In this document: positions 13,037 through 26,504 of the stretch, one piece after another
How positions within the stretch are numbered: the first letter of the stretch is position 1
Layout: every line of letters begins with the position of its first letter
From: Octopus sinensis
Taxonomy: Eukaryota
Direction: 5' to 3'
Assembly (NCBI RefSeq): GCF_006345805.1
Contig: NC_043001.1
Span: 40,858,001-40,922,000 of the forward strand
DNA length: 64,000 bases
Program-made: the position numbers and the translations under genes
The notes under the pieces: model-generated
Seen by the model: the letters and a program-made list of their open reading frames with translations, nothing else
Databases searched by the model: none
What the model was told of the DNA's origin: nothing

Positions 13037-13780
13037 CTGAAAACAATGATGTCAGAAGAAGACAAAAAAAAAATGAATCGATAGAAATGTGAACACACTG
13101 CTCTGTATAGGCAAAATCAATATACATTGCAAATATAATCAAAGTATAGAGATGATTGCTCAATAAACCAATAACATTACACCACTGCTATGGAAACTGT
13201 TTGACTAAACATAACATTTGAGAAAAAATACACACAATTGCAAACATTGCATACAAGCACACTTTTACTATCAGTAAAGTCTATATGAAAGAAAAGAGAA
13301 AAAAAAAGATCATCAAAATCATAAAGGGTGGTATTTAAAACTTATGAGTACCAATAGTAATGAAGGAAAGAATCTGAATGCCAGCATTTATGGAAGATGT
13401 AGCTTCATGGTTTCTTTCCATTTACAGTTTTAAAATAAAGTTCAGCTTTTGGGTCTTCTATTATGTGATAGTTCTCTGTTACAGCCTTGTTAAAAAGGAC
13501 TCATATGCTTTTATACTTTGTGAATCAAGAGAAAGAAAATAGAAGTAACAAAAATACATTCTAACTGGTCAATGACATTTGTTCCTCATAAATGGTAATT
13601 AAAAGCAATAAAAAATAGTACAGTAAATATCATACAACCTATACTACATACCTAAAACTTTACTATGAAAATTTTACTACTTATTATACTGATGTAATAC
13701 ATCATCATGATTACAGATTTATATATCATCATCTTTACTTGGAGAAATTTAAATTCTATAACACACCCATATAGTTGTCA

Positions 13781-13992
13781 TTTAACCAGTTGTATCCAGC
13801 CCAAATATTTAACCTCTTTTATGTTCAAACTGGTCATAACTGATCTCTTACATCTACCCTACACTATTACTCTAAAAATAAACAATACATCATCAAAATC
13901 TTGTAGCATCAAAATAATGTATGATTAATTCAAAACAATGGATATAAATAAGATTCACATCTGACAGAGTAATCTGAATGCTAAAGGGTTAA
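13781..13992. mobile_element. piggyBac-like TTAA MITE (left end truncated)
   Basis: Ends ctgaatgctaaagggTTAA; body matches 30281-30481. Confidence 0.75.
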
Positions 13993-14374
13993 ACCTGATC
14001 ATCCCTGACCAAGCAGACCTATGTCCACTGATGGTTTAAGACATTCTTATCTTCTCAGACAGTTTAACTCAGACTACATTATCCAACATATCCTTCCTTT
14101 TTCAATAAAATTATTAGATTGTAATTTAACTGTTAATTCTAGCATATCAAGTGACTAAACAGAGGCTACCTCATTGGTTGTCACTACACAAAGTATGAAT
14201 TAGTAGATATAATCTAAAAATTGTTTTAGAGAGCAAGGCTTCATATATATTAGAATTAATTTTCCTGTGGTTGTTGATTTGCAACTGTTCAAGAGAAATG
14301 GTAACCACATTGATTTCACTGAATTCAAAGGGTCTGCAACCAAACCAATAAAAAAGTAGTAGTAGTAGTAGTAG

Positions 14375-14850
14375 TCCTTTCTACTTTAGGCACAAGGCCT
14401 GGAATTTTGGGGGAGTACTAAGTTAATTGCATTGACCCCAGTGTTTGACTGGTACTTATTTTATTGACCCCCCAAAAGGATGAAAGGTAAAGTCAACCTT
14501 GGAAGAATTTGAACTCAGAACATAAAAACAGATGAAATGCCACAAAGCATTTTACCCTGCATGCTACTGATTCTACCAGCTTGCCATCTTAATAATAATG
14601 ATGATGATAAGGATTTCAAATTTCAGCACAAGGCAGCAGGTTTGGGGAAGGGGCTATAAGTCGATTACATCAACCCCAGTGCTCAACTGATACTTATTTT
14701 ATCAACCCCAAAAGGATGAAAGACAAAGTCAACCTCAGCAGAGTTTGAACTCAGAATGTAAAGATGGACAAGATGCTGCTAAGCATTCTGCCTGGCGTGC
14801 TAACGATTCTGCCAGTTCCCCACCTTAATAATAATAATAATAATAATACG
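14375..14850 (-). mobile_element. Two head-to-tail family B SINEs joined by (TAA/TGA)n tracts
   Basis: Two consecutive copies of gcacaaggc...aaggatgaaagg...gaatttgaactcagaa...ctgccag, separated by taataataatgatgatgataa. Confidence 0.88.
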
Positions 14851-15149
14851 GTTGTCAATTAAATCTAATCAGATTTCAAAATTCTAAGAATTTAAATATT
14901 TTAACATTGTGAAAAAGGAAAATATGAAATTATCTTCAATATATTTTTATTTTTAATTTTCTTAGTTACATTGTAAATGTTGTCAGTGTTTTACAAGATA
15001 ACAATTATTAGTGCCAAATGCTTCTGTAAACATCAAATTCTATTACAGCACTAAAACTATACAACAAAAATAAGACTAACAGAAAATTGTTATTTATTTC
15101 TATTCAGACAACCTCAAGAGACTGAGAAATCTCATGAAACAAAACAAAA

Positions 15150-16310
15150 AGAAAAAAAAACAGGCAGACATACAAAAGAGTGGGGGAAGAAATGACTATA
15201 CTTTCGCTAATCCCAATAATGGTTGGTACAATGGGATTGGTAAAAAGGGAAAGCAACCACTCCAATTGGAATTAGAAATTGAAAGCATTTCATTGGCTGG
15301 AAATTTCCAACATACTTCTAGCTTTCTATAAAAATGACTAAAAGCCATTATATAATAAAGGTACCAACAGAAGGAAGGTACAAGAAATGACTAGGAAAGT
15401 AGATTCTGTTATCAGTAGGATAGATACTAAAAATGTAGAAGACGCTAACTTATTGATCTATGCAGGAGGGGTAGTAGTCACCAGAAGATTAGATGTCTCA
15501 CAGGGAAAGATTTAAAAAGTGCAAATGTGGAAAAAGAGACTACAAAATAAAGTGGTCAAGATCTAAGTAGAATAGAAGCCTGGAAAACAAACTAATTAGG
15601 AAACACAAGATGCAAAGATACTTGGTCAAAGAGAAAGGATTTGGGACAATAATAGAAGAGTAACAGTGTATCATAGCAGTAGCAGGCAAGCTCTCCAGAT
15701 ATCAGAAAAGAATAGATCACTATCAACAGAATAAATTAGACCAGAGATAAACCAGAGGAGATTTTATAACCAAATAAATAGTGGAAAACAAAGTACTGAA
15801 GAGGAGAAACCTAATGCAGAGGAAGCTAGAAAGTTCTGGAGTAATATTTGGGATAAACCAGTCAATCATAATAGAGTTGCAGTATGGTTAAAGAAAGTGA
15901 AGGAAGTAGTGAGTGAGAAGCAGCCAGATCTACGATTAACTAGTGCATTAGTGAGGGAAAATACCAAATTGGAAGGGTCCAGAACCAGGTTTAGTTCAAG
16001 GGTAGTGGCTAAAGAAATTCAGTAGTTGAAATGGGAGGCTAAGGAACAACATCAGGATTGCCTTAATGGAGGAATAATACCAAATTGGAAGACTAGAGGG
16101 AGAACAATACTCATGAAGGATACAAGCAAGGGTAATACAACTAGCAACTATAGACCAATCACCTGCTTGCCATTAATGTGGAAGCTGTAAACAGGAATGC
16201 TTTCAGAAAGTATTTACAAGCACCTTGACAACCAGAATTTACTACCAGAATAACAGAAAGGTTGCAGGAAGAAGGCTAGAGGAACACATGATCTATTATA
16301 CATACACAAA
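15150..16310 (+). mobile_element. Decayed Dong/R4-clade non-LTR retrotransposon ORF fragment (up to RT N-terminus)
   Basis: Manual translation [51 protein letters not shown] (about 16147-16305) matches the R4/Dong pattern [11 protein letters not shown]...EQKGCR..RG..DQL.I. Upstream DANLLIYAGGVVV also fits. Many stops and frameshifts. Confidence 0.78.
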
Positions 16311-16384
16311 GCAGAAAATTACTATTTTAAAATCTCACGATGTGAGATATTCAGCAACAGTACTTTGTAGTAAAGATTATTTGC

Positions 16385-16529
16385 CAACATAACATGACAG
16401 TCCTGGTTTAGGACAAATGTTGCTTGATTTAACCCCAGGAGACATCATCTCCAGCTGGCTATATGACACGATCTGTGTCCTTATATTACAGCAACATTCG
16501 TCCTAAACCAGGACTGCCATGTTATGTTG
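16385..16529. repeat. 40-bp inverted repeat (fold-back, 65-nt spacer)
   Basis: caacataacatgacagtcctggtttaggacaaatgttgct (16385-16424) versus the reverse complement of 16490-16529: 2 mismatches. Partial third copy at 16579-16620. Confidence 0.9.
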
Positions 16530-16639
16530 CTAAACATAACGGGAATTTAGCAGCACCACCTCTAGCCAAACAATTATTCTGGTTTAGGACAAATGTTGCT
16601 GTAATTTAACCCCAAGAGACAATCTGTGCTCTTATATTT

Positions 16640-16812
16640 TGAGGGAGGGGATGAGTCGATTACATCAACCCTGGTGTTGCACTGGTACTTAATTTATTGA
16701 TCCCAAAAGGATGAAAGACAAAATCAACCTCAGCGGAATTTGAACTCAGAATGGAGTGACGGGCAAAATGCCGCTAATAATTTCATCCAGCATGCTAACA
16801 ATTCTGCCAGCC
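16640..16812 (-). mobile_element. Family B SINE
   Basis: aaggatgaaagacaaaatcaacctcagcggaatttgaactcagaa core. Confidence 0.85.
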
Positions 16813-16978
16813 TTTAATGATATTAATAATAATAATAGTTTAGCCCATCTCAACTTCAGAACGAGACTGGTACTTTATTTTTATCAACTCTAAATAATAT
16901 AAAGCAGAGTTAACCTCAACAGGATTTGAACTCAAATAAAAGTAAAAAACAAAAAAAATTAAATACACAGACAGACAG

Positions 16979-17009
<31 letters not shown>

Positions 17010-17580
17010 CATACATGCACACAAACAAGAAAGCATTGCTTAACTACCGCCAGATCTTACACAACTTGTGTTAAGTACTGGTTATATAGAAAGAACAAAA
17101 GGATACATTTGAATAGCAACCATCTGAGAATTTTGGAGTGTCACTTGAACAAAGACAGCAATATAGTTGATAAAAATATGACAGCAGCAACAATAATGAG
17201 TCTGTTTTATGTTGTTTGTTTTGCTTTGTTTTGTTTTGTGTTTTTTTTTGCATAGATACAAGCCCAAATTTTGTAGGAGAGTAGTATAGTCAATTGACTA
17301 TCAAAAATATTAGTGTTACAATACTATTGAGTTAAAAATCTTGATTTAAATTCAGTACATAAAATGACTAAAATAAATACTGTATGTAACACATTTAGTC
17401 TGGTGCTCTACGTATCCTATCAACTCACTGCTTTAGCAACAGCAATAATAGTAATCTTTTTCTTTTTTTGCTTTTGTTTTGTATATAAGCCATAAAGCTG
17501 AAGAAACATTAAAAAGACAAAACAGTAACTAGAAATGTTACATAAATTGGTAATAATGAAAATTACATTTGCATACTTAC

Positions 17581-17699
17581 AATATCAATATTAGAATTTT
17601 CTAAAGAGGATATGACCATGTAGGATAAAAAAAGGTACCATACATAAACCCCAGTCGCCCTCAATATAAAATCAAGTGTTGAGGGCAATTGCTGTTACT
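17581..17699 (-). other. Candidate 119-nt non-coding exon containing a GC-rich hairpin
   Basis: Minus strand: gtctcttctcaaattttgttgtAG acceptor and ATT/GTAAGTA donor. Stops in all frames. Internal inverted repeat GCCCTCAA...TTGAGGGC. Confidence 0.4.
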
Positions 17700-17929
17700 C
17701 TACAACAAAATTTGAGAAGAGACATATTCATTTGCATAAACTCACTACTCATATCTATCTTTCATAAAATTTATTGACTAAAATTTATTGACTATCTCTC
17801 CACTATTGTTTCCTTTCCAAATGATATTGGAAGAAGACTGAAAAGTTCATTGAAAAGAGAATGACCTGACCTCAAAACTCTCCTTATCCAAAAAGCTTTT
17901 GTTTTTGCTACAGCCACTAGGCACAAAAA

Positions 17930-18110
17930 TACTTCCCAATCTTCCTTGTTAAAGGAAGATATTCTTGGGATTTTTGATGCAAGATTGCTGTTTAAAGTCC
18001 ATACTTATAGTAAGGATGCAACTTAAAGACAACTGCACCAAGCACTTCATCATCAGAGTAATATCTGCACAGATATGGTCAGAAAATGTGCTAAACAAGG
18101 TATCCTGATA
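17930..18110 (-). mobile_element. Possible very old mariner transposase C-terminal remnant
   Basis: Translation RYYSDDEVLGAVV..YKYGL*..LHQK resembles the mariner pattern G..F.SDDEV..AV.....Y..GI..L..RW.K. Weak. Confidence 0.3.
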
Positions 18111-18779
18111 CAAATGTATGATGAGCATTCGGCTTTAGATACCCGATACAATAATACATAGAAAAAAAATTGTATTGAAAAAATGCTTAAAAGGTTGAAT
18201 TGAGATTTGAATTCAAATGATCAACAAAAAAATAGTTTGTATTTCAGATTGACATAGAAAAATGTCCAATGGCTTCTTTACATTGAACTGGTTATTTACA
18301 TTGTCCAACTTCACTTACTCTCTTGTTTTTATTGACTTTATTATTGCTTCCCATTATTCTGCCATACCAAATTAAAATCTTATGCAGAAATAGCAGTATT
18401 GTCACAAAAATTTATTCAGCTTCTCTGGGTTTCAGATGTAAGATGATAGCAAGCAGAGCTCAAAGCTCAGCAAATGTTCTATGTTGCTAAGTTTAAATAC
18501 CTAAGAGCAGTCTTAGTTGACCACACTGACAAAGATATCAAAAATGTTTAAGGGACATGGTTCATCATGTTACTAGTACTGCATTAGCTCACTGAATGAG
18601 AAACTTAACTCTCATTGGTTTGTGACTATATTTCATAAATTTTTCCCAGTATCTTAATGTGCAATAGTGATATCAGATCATTAGTATTGCAGAGAGAAGG
18701 ATGGCATCCACTAGTTTGCAAAAGATATTGAAAAGGACGATGATAATTGAAGACATGTTTTATGGCTATATAGTAAGAA

Positions 18780-19120
18780 ACATACTTTCCAACAACATGA
18801 TTTCAGGTTCAGTTCCACTGCATGGCACCTTGGGCAAGTGTCTTCTACTATAGGCTAAGCCATCAAAAGCCTTGCAATTGAATTTGGTAGATGAAAACAG
18901 AAAGCCTGTTGTGTGTGTGTGTGTGTGTGTGTGTATCTTCGTACTTGTGTTTGTTCCCCATCACTACTTGACAACCAGTATTGGTTTTTTTTTTAAAGTC
19001 CCCAATAGAACAAGTACTAAGTTTAAAGATGAATTCTGGGTTTGATTTGTTCAACTAAACTCTTCAAGCTAGTGCCCCAGCATGTTTGCAGTCCAGTGAC
19101 TGAAACAAGTAAAAGATAAA
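18780..19120 (+). mobile_element. Family A SINE (decayed) with internal (TG)n
   Basis: ggttcagttccactgcatggcaccttgggcaagtgtcttctactata...gactgaaacaagtaaaaga. Confidence 0.85.
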
Positions 19121-21459
19121 ATGATAAAATACATGTCAACATACTAAAATGAACTTTAAAATTATGATGATAATGGTGATGGTGGTGGTGGTGGTGGTGG
19201 TAATAATGAAGTTGGTGACCATCAAGTAAATTCTCCAAATTTTTGTTAATTCACATACATACAAAAAAAAAAGAGAAAAAAAATGAAATTTGGATGGTAT
19301 TTACATATTTCTAAAAGTAAAGATACTTTTTTAATCTACACTAATGTTATAAAAAAATGCTTTTTATCTGCTGTTTCATAAAAATTCCACTGAAATAGAA
19401 TTGAGATGAAATCCCCAATAGTTATAAATTTTTGTTCTATTTAATTATCGATCAGCTAATTTGTCGGTTTCTCAAAGTATTGTTGTTCATAAACGTTTCA
19501 AAGTGATGAATATTAAAAAAATCCATTTGACTGTTATTCAGTTGTAGAAATTATAATTTGGACTAATTTTTACCATATATTTATCAAAATAAAATACATA
19601 TATATGTATCAAAATAAAACATAAGGCACAACTATGACGATCTGACATAAATGATTTGACTCAATGCTTTGCAGTCTAATGGGCTGGGTGCTTTGTTGTA
19701 TTTAGTCACAAGGTTCAAGTTGTAATGGAGTGGACTTTGTCCTTTATTCAGGATTAGTAAAATAAATTCCAACTGTGTGCAAGTGACAATTTAATTGGCT
19801 ATAATCCTCTCCTACGTTATTCTACCAATGTAAGAAATTTATGTATTAATATGTTAACCGTACTGGACTTCTGGTCACACAGTCATAAATCCATAGCTTT
19901 TGTGTACTGTTGTTTAACCCTCTGTTATCCCTGCCGGAGTAGACTTATGATCAAAAAGCATTCTAGTTGTGATCATCATCTGGTATATCTAGAACTGTAT
20001 TGTCCAATGTGTTTTTCACTTACTTCAAGATGGCAAGGTGTGGTCTGAAACTTAGACAGCTATTTCAAGCAAGTCAAGCAATCATTACCTCCACTGACAA
20101 ATAATACATTTCTGCTTGTTTCAGTTGCTTAACATAATGAGCCAATAAATTTTAGTTTGATAAGAATCACACCCATAATAAGGAGAAAAAATATGTTATC
20201 GTAATGATTAAATCTGGTCAAGAAAGATAGTAAAGACAACTTTGGAATTAAATTAACTAAAAATAGAATTCAGTGGTGAATCAGTTTTATCTCTAGTAGT
20301 ATGGTGACAATCCCAGTCATGTTTTGATCTCATTAGACCTAATCATCAAACCATGGCCAAACCATCACTCCACAATCTGCCTCACTGACAACTTTCATTC
20401 CTGCCCTTCAAATGAGTAATTAATAGCAGGAAAGAACCCAGTTCTAAAAACAACTGCTTCAATTAACTCTTTTGATATCAACCTGCATAAGACTTTATGA
20501 AAAGAAACCTCTTGTTTTAAAGTATTTATACTTAAATTAGTAGAAACTTCCATCATAATTTTTATGTGAGAAACTTATACTAAGTTATGTTATAAACATT
20601 AGTGCTTAATAATGAAAAAGTAAATGATTTTACTAAATCCTTCCATATTCTTGTTATTTTCAAAATAATTGAAACATGTACTATCAATTTTAATAGCAAT
20701 CTAGTTGTCCTAACTAAACTTATACAGAAAACAGCAAAAAGAAAACTTCTTTTAAATTAGCAAAGATAAAGTTGATCCAACTTCCAATTCACTAAGGAGA
20801 TTTTAATTAGCTGAAAGTTCAAAACTAGACTTGGCACCCACATCTACTGAATTTTCATTTTAGAAGTTTTCAAAGAGAGAATCTTCCATGAACTTTTTAT
20901 TGTGATAAGCGTTCTCCATAATAGCGATAGCAGAGTTTTTTTAATGAGAAAATGTTTGAAGAAGAAAAAAATTATCCATGTATGTCAGGCAAGTTGTATA
21001 TAAATAGCTCAGAGATCAATAGTATTTGTTCTGATCTAACTATATTTAGAAAAAATACTTTAGAAATTTTACCATAAAATTTTAATGTTCTCTAATTTGT
21101 AATATTTTTGGTTCAGTTCTTTCAGGTATTTGCTTTAATTATGTTTATTAAAATGCAATTTCATTAGTACCATATCAAGAAAAACACATACCGTAGCTCT
21201 TTTAAAATTTCTCTTAAATGTGTATTTATGAATATTATAATTGAACAGAAGGAAAAGACTAATTAAGAGAAAGCAAAAATCAGTGTTTCATTCATAAAAG
21301 AAAAATATATGAAAGAAAAAAATTCAAATAAAAATATATTTAAAAAGAAATCATCATTTTAAATAACTTCAAGATAAAAAAGCATTTTTAAGATTCAAAA
21401 TAGCACTTGTTTAATTAATGCTAGAAGGATAGAAGGTTAACATTGGTGAGATTTGAACT

Positions 21460-22020
21460 CAGCACATAAAAGAATGCAATTAAATATTGAAAAGCATTTA
21501 AAATGGAACTCTGTTTGTAAGCCCCTACCATCACCACCATTCTAATAAACATGATTTCTGATTTAGGTATAAGGATGGCAATTCTAAAGAAGAGCTTAGT
21601 CATTGACCCTAATACTTGAGTGCTATTTTATTTTATCAATCCTGAATGGATAAACGGTAAATTTTATCTCCAAATATTTTACTGACTTCGAAAGGATGAA
21701 CTGTAAATTTGATCCAAGAAGTAAAGAGCTGAGGCAAATACTGCAAGGCATTTTGTCCAACACTAACAATTCTGCCACCTTCATCACCCTAGTGATAATG
21801 GTTTCAAATTTGAGCACAAGGCCAGCAAATTGGGAAGGAAGGGGTAAGTCAATTACATCAATCCCAGTGCTCAACTGGTATTATTTTATTGAGCCCAAAA
21901 GGATGAAAGACAATGTCAGACATGATAGAATTTGAACTCAGAATGTAAAGAGCCAAAACAAAAGAAATGCTGCAAAGCACTGTGTTCAATGTGCTAATGA
22001 TTCTGCCATTGTGCTGCCTT
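21460..22020 (-). mobile_element. Tandem cluster of 2-3 family B SINEs
   Basis: Repeated aggatgaa...tttgaactcagaatgtaaagagc...tgctaatgattctgcca units, head-to-tail. Confidence 0.8.
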
Positions 22021-22499
22021 CACCATCCAAGTGATAATTAACAACAACCATGCAACAGTAACTGCATACTTTTGTTTTCCTTTGATGATATCCCAGTAAA
22101 GACAAACTAGACAGAGCAATAGACAAAGTACCTTGTGGCATTTAGCTATTTCCATTTATGCTCTGGATCACTTTATCTTTCCTCCTTTCAATACAATTGA
22201 TTGTATCAGTTAATCATATAAGTACTGGAGGCAGGAGTGATCAATGTTATTGCTATAGACTCTAAAAGACAGTGCCCTAATGACTGAAACCAATAAAAAA
22301 AATAATTGTAATATTTTAATTCTTGATACTTATTACTACATAGATAATTAAACAATGCACACAGGAAAAAGATAAATATAAAGAATTAAAATGAATAAAA
22401 CAATAATGATTACTTATACAGACAAAATGTCACACACACTTTTTTTGTGAGGAATCTACTCAATCTAATTGACTAAAGAATTTAACTGGTACATATTTC

Positions 22500-23000
22500 A
22501 TGAACTCCAGAATGTTGAAAACAAAGTCATATCCAGTAGGATTTGAATCCAAGATACATAACAGAAGAAACTAAAGCACAAGCATTTCATCCAATGCACC
22601 ATTAATTCTGTAATCCACCAGCACAGAATTATAACATTAATAACAATAACAATAATTTCTTATTTAGGTATAAGGTCAGCAAATTCAAGGGATAGGTTAG
22701 GTTTAGTCAATTACATGGACTTCAGTACTTGACTGATACTTTATTTTATCAACCCCCAAGAGATGAAAGGCAAAAACTGATCTCAATGAGACTTGAACTC
22801 AGAATGTAAAGAGCCAGAGCAAATACTGCAAAGCAACTTTTCTGATGCTCTAACAATTCTGCCAAATTTGGGGGATGGGAAAAGACAATGTATTGACCAT
22901 AGTAGCTGATGGTACTTATTTTAACGACACCCCCCCACACACACACATACATACACCAAGGCTGAAAGGTATCATCAACCTCAGTAGGATTTGTGCTCAA
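22500..23000 (-). mobile_element. Cluster of family B SINE copies and fragments
   Basis: Same core motifs, separated by (TAA/CAA)n tracts. Confidence 0.75.
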
Positions 23001-24869
23001 AAATAATTCCTTGCATTGACAGGTGACAAATTAGTAGGGAAGTAGAAATAAATGTTATGCAATACATCCCCTATCCAAGTAAATTAGCTTCTGTAAAAGA
23101 AATCAAATAGTTTCAACCTGAAACTAATACCAAATGGTAAAGTTGGCTGGCTAGGATCTCAGCACATTCTATATGATGCAATAATTGGTATCCTACTAGG
23201 AAAATAGAGATTGTCGTGATATGGAAATATTATATCCAAAGCATGAGTTATTGATCTGACAACATGAACATGTTGAGGATTTGCAGTTACATTCTATTAC
23301 TGCACTGCAAACACACCAAGCAAATTAAATTTGATTTCAAGGCTGGACTGAGAAAGATTCTTCTACCTTGCTAACTACATTGGTCTATTTAGAGTATCTC
23401 GATAGAAATAGCTTTCATTGTGCAGCTTTAAAATCAGTGTGTTTGTGTGTGTGTGTGTGTGTGTGCGTGCGCATGTGCATGTGTGTGTGCGTGTGTGTGT
23501 GTGCATGTATGTGTTTGTTTCATCCTAAAAACACATTGATATGAACCCTATCGAGATTCTTGTATCTGTTGGCTAAATTAAATCACAGCAAAAAATACCC
23601 CAATATAAAATGAAAATAAAAATTGTAAAAATTCATGATGCATTTCAAGATAAAGTGATGAGACAGACTAGTATGACATGAAAGAAAAAAGAAACAAATA
23701 GAAAGAGAGTGAGGGAGATAGTAATAGACAGAAAGAGAGTGCATGTGTGTATGTGTGGCGTGCATGTGTGTGTCATATGTTTGTGTTCAATATAGTATGG
23801 AGTAAATTAATAAAATTATGTTTCAAGAAGCTTGCAAAGTCAGGGCTTAATTCTGGAAACTCTGATATTAAACAGGTGAAAGAGGAATACTCTTCTAGAT
23901 CACATGCCAGCTTTTTGTTGTTATAATGTTGTTATGTATGATTAGATATTTACTCCCATCACTTAAGAGAACACAGACATACTGGATTAATTCTCCTGTT
24001 TTGAGGACAACAAAATGCCAACATTTGATGTAAAATGAAACAATGATCCTGGTAGAAATGAAATCTTGAATTTACTTCAACTTTCATTCATATCTTTGAA
24101 AAATATAGGAACATCACTATTGGAATGCCTTTGATCAAAAGTCAGCTCAGTCAAGGGTGATCTAAGTCTAAACAACTACAACTGAAAACCCATGAGTAAG
24201 ATCAATATTTCATCTGCTGAGTTATGATATTTCATATGTTATAGTTAAACAAGATACAGTTTGTACTGTGATACATAACCTTCATCAGCTGACAAGTAGA
24301 GATTACAATGATCGCAATGCATTTTTAAATAACTACCTGCAACAGTGGCAAGGAGCACAGATCAAAACAGATCTTTCACTTTTCAAATTAACTTCTAGCA
24401 GATCAGACAAGATCAAAGAGAATATGTGACGCAATGCAAGAGAGCACCTTATTAACAAGTAAAGTACATGAAGCTTACAAAGGCAACAATCATCAAGAAA
24501 GATTATTCAGACACCATTGGTATGAAAAATTATGATTAAACTCATACTAACATATTTAATGCAAAGGGCATCAAAAAGCTAAATAATAATAATTAAGCGA
24601 TGAGGAAAAGACATTATTAGCTCAATGACTAATAGTCTTTTAGTCATTCCAGCAGGTACTGGAGGGAAACAATTCCAGAAATGTCTTGGTTTTGTTAGAT
24701 CTCTTCAGCAAAACATAACTTTCTTGCGCAGGTCAACTAACTTGGTAAGTTTTAGTACCAAAAATTAGATTGTCATAAATATGAATAAATGAAGATTTCC
24801 ATAATTTCTGTAACTACAACTATATAAGACTAGTAATAATAGCAACATACAATAGTAACATTCCTTATT

Positions 24870-25195
24870 TTCATCATCATCATCATCATCATTGTTTAGC
24901 ATCCGCTTTCCATGCCAGCATGGTTTGGACGGTTCAACTGGGGTCTGGGAAGCCAGAAGGCTGCACCAGGCCCAGTCTGATCTGGCAATGTTTCTACGGC
25001 TGATCTGGCAATGTTTCTGGATGCCCTTCCTAACGCCAACCACTCCATGAGTGTAGTGGGTGTCTTTTATGTGCCACCGGCACAGGTGCCAGACGAGGCT
25101 GGAAAACAGCCACGATCAGATGGTGCTTTTTACGTGCCACCAGCACGGAGGCCAGGCGAGGCTGGCAACGGCCACGATCGGATGGTGCTTCATCT
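24870..25195 (-). mobile_element. RTE-tail element (family D) with two internal units
   Basis: (CAT)n tail, ggatgcccttcctaacgccaacc, then ttttatgtgccaccggcacaggtgccagacgaggctgg units. Internal 23-bp tandem duplication at about 24978-25020. Confidence 0.85.
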
Positions 25196-26504
25196 ATCTA
25201 TTTATTATTCTTCCTTAATTTTATTTGTTTTATTTCTTTGTAAGTTACAAGTGATTAAATAAAGTTCACATAATTTCTTCTGAAATAAAAAATTTATATA
25301 AAGAATACTTTTAGGAGCAATTTCAGATCACTAAAGCTCAAATTTATAACAAAGACAACATTTGGTTGTATATTTGGGCAGGTATTTAGAACAAATCCAA
25401 GTCAAGTGTCATGAATATAATTGCTTTGCTTACTACAACTGATCCAACATTTTTTTAAAACTACAACACATTATACATGCAAAATATTAAATATTGTAAA
25501 TATTCTAGATTAAAGAATCATAAAAATTCTAAAACAAGGATGTAGATAAAGAGATTAGATAAAAATGACTGGTTATCTGATAGTATTATATTATTGTCAT
25601 AACCATAAAATGCAGTGAATGGTAATTGATAAAGTAGCTTTGTAGTACTTTGCTATGATTGCTTATGCTGAACAAAGAAAGTAAAGATATATCTCGTGAA
25701 AGAAAAATTGCCAAAATATTAACAGATATACATACAGCAATGCCATAGGAATGGCTGCGTAGTTAAGGAGTTCTCTTTATAACTATATGGTTCCTGGTTT
25801 GATCCTGTTGACATAGCAGTAGGCACCCTTGTATATGTGCCTACTGCCATGTCTTGTAAGTGGAATTTATTAGACAGAGACAAATGGGGAAGCCTGCCTC
25901 TATGTGTATATGTGTGTTTGTGTGTGTGTGTACAAGCACAGGAATATGTGGGTGCATATATCTATTAATTGTATTAATAGTGAAAACATATGTATATATG
26001 AGTATGTATACACATAGACAATCCATATATCTTAGAACACACTACTATGTTACCAATTAAGCAAGTGGCCCTGTATAAACTCTGCTATAAAGGAAATGTT
26101 GAGTGCTGCCATTAACTCTGTACTTGAAACAGTACATAAAGTATTGCTTAAAATGAACAAACATATGCACACATAATGCATACATATGCATTAAAAAAAT
26201 TTGGTGGCAAATCAATTTTGAATTTTCTATTGATTTATTGGGCTAATAAATTTAGTTTCTGCTTTTAAATTAAACTTATAAAGAGAACTTTTGGTTGATA
26301 ACGATGACTTTATATACCCTGTATTTAACTACCACACTGAAAATTACCATACTCAAAGTTATTACCTCTTAACTAATAATAACATTATTACACTCAAGAA
26401 GAACAAAACTCCACTGTCATAATAAAATCATCATCATCACCATCACCACAACCACCATCATCAGCAGCAGCAGCATTTTCATTATCATTATTATGATGAT
26501 AGTA

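Noticed and set aside
17581-17699. Idea that A-to-I editing of an in-frame UGA to UGG opens a coding exon
   Set aside because: The UGA lies in the hairpin loop rather than the duplex, and that frame still hits UAA before the donor.
24645-24744. Plus-strand open exon candidate (IPAGTGGKQFQKCLGF...) ending at TTG/gtaagt
   Set aside because: Weak acceptor, no recognisable protein similarity, and no supporting neighbouring exons.
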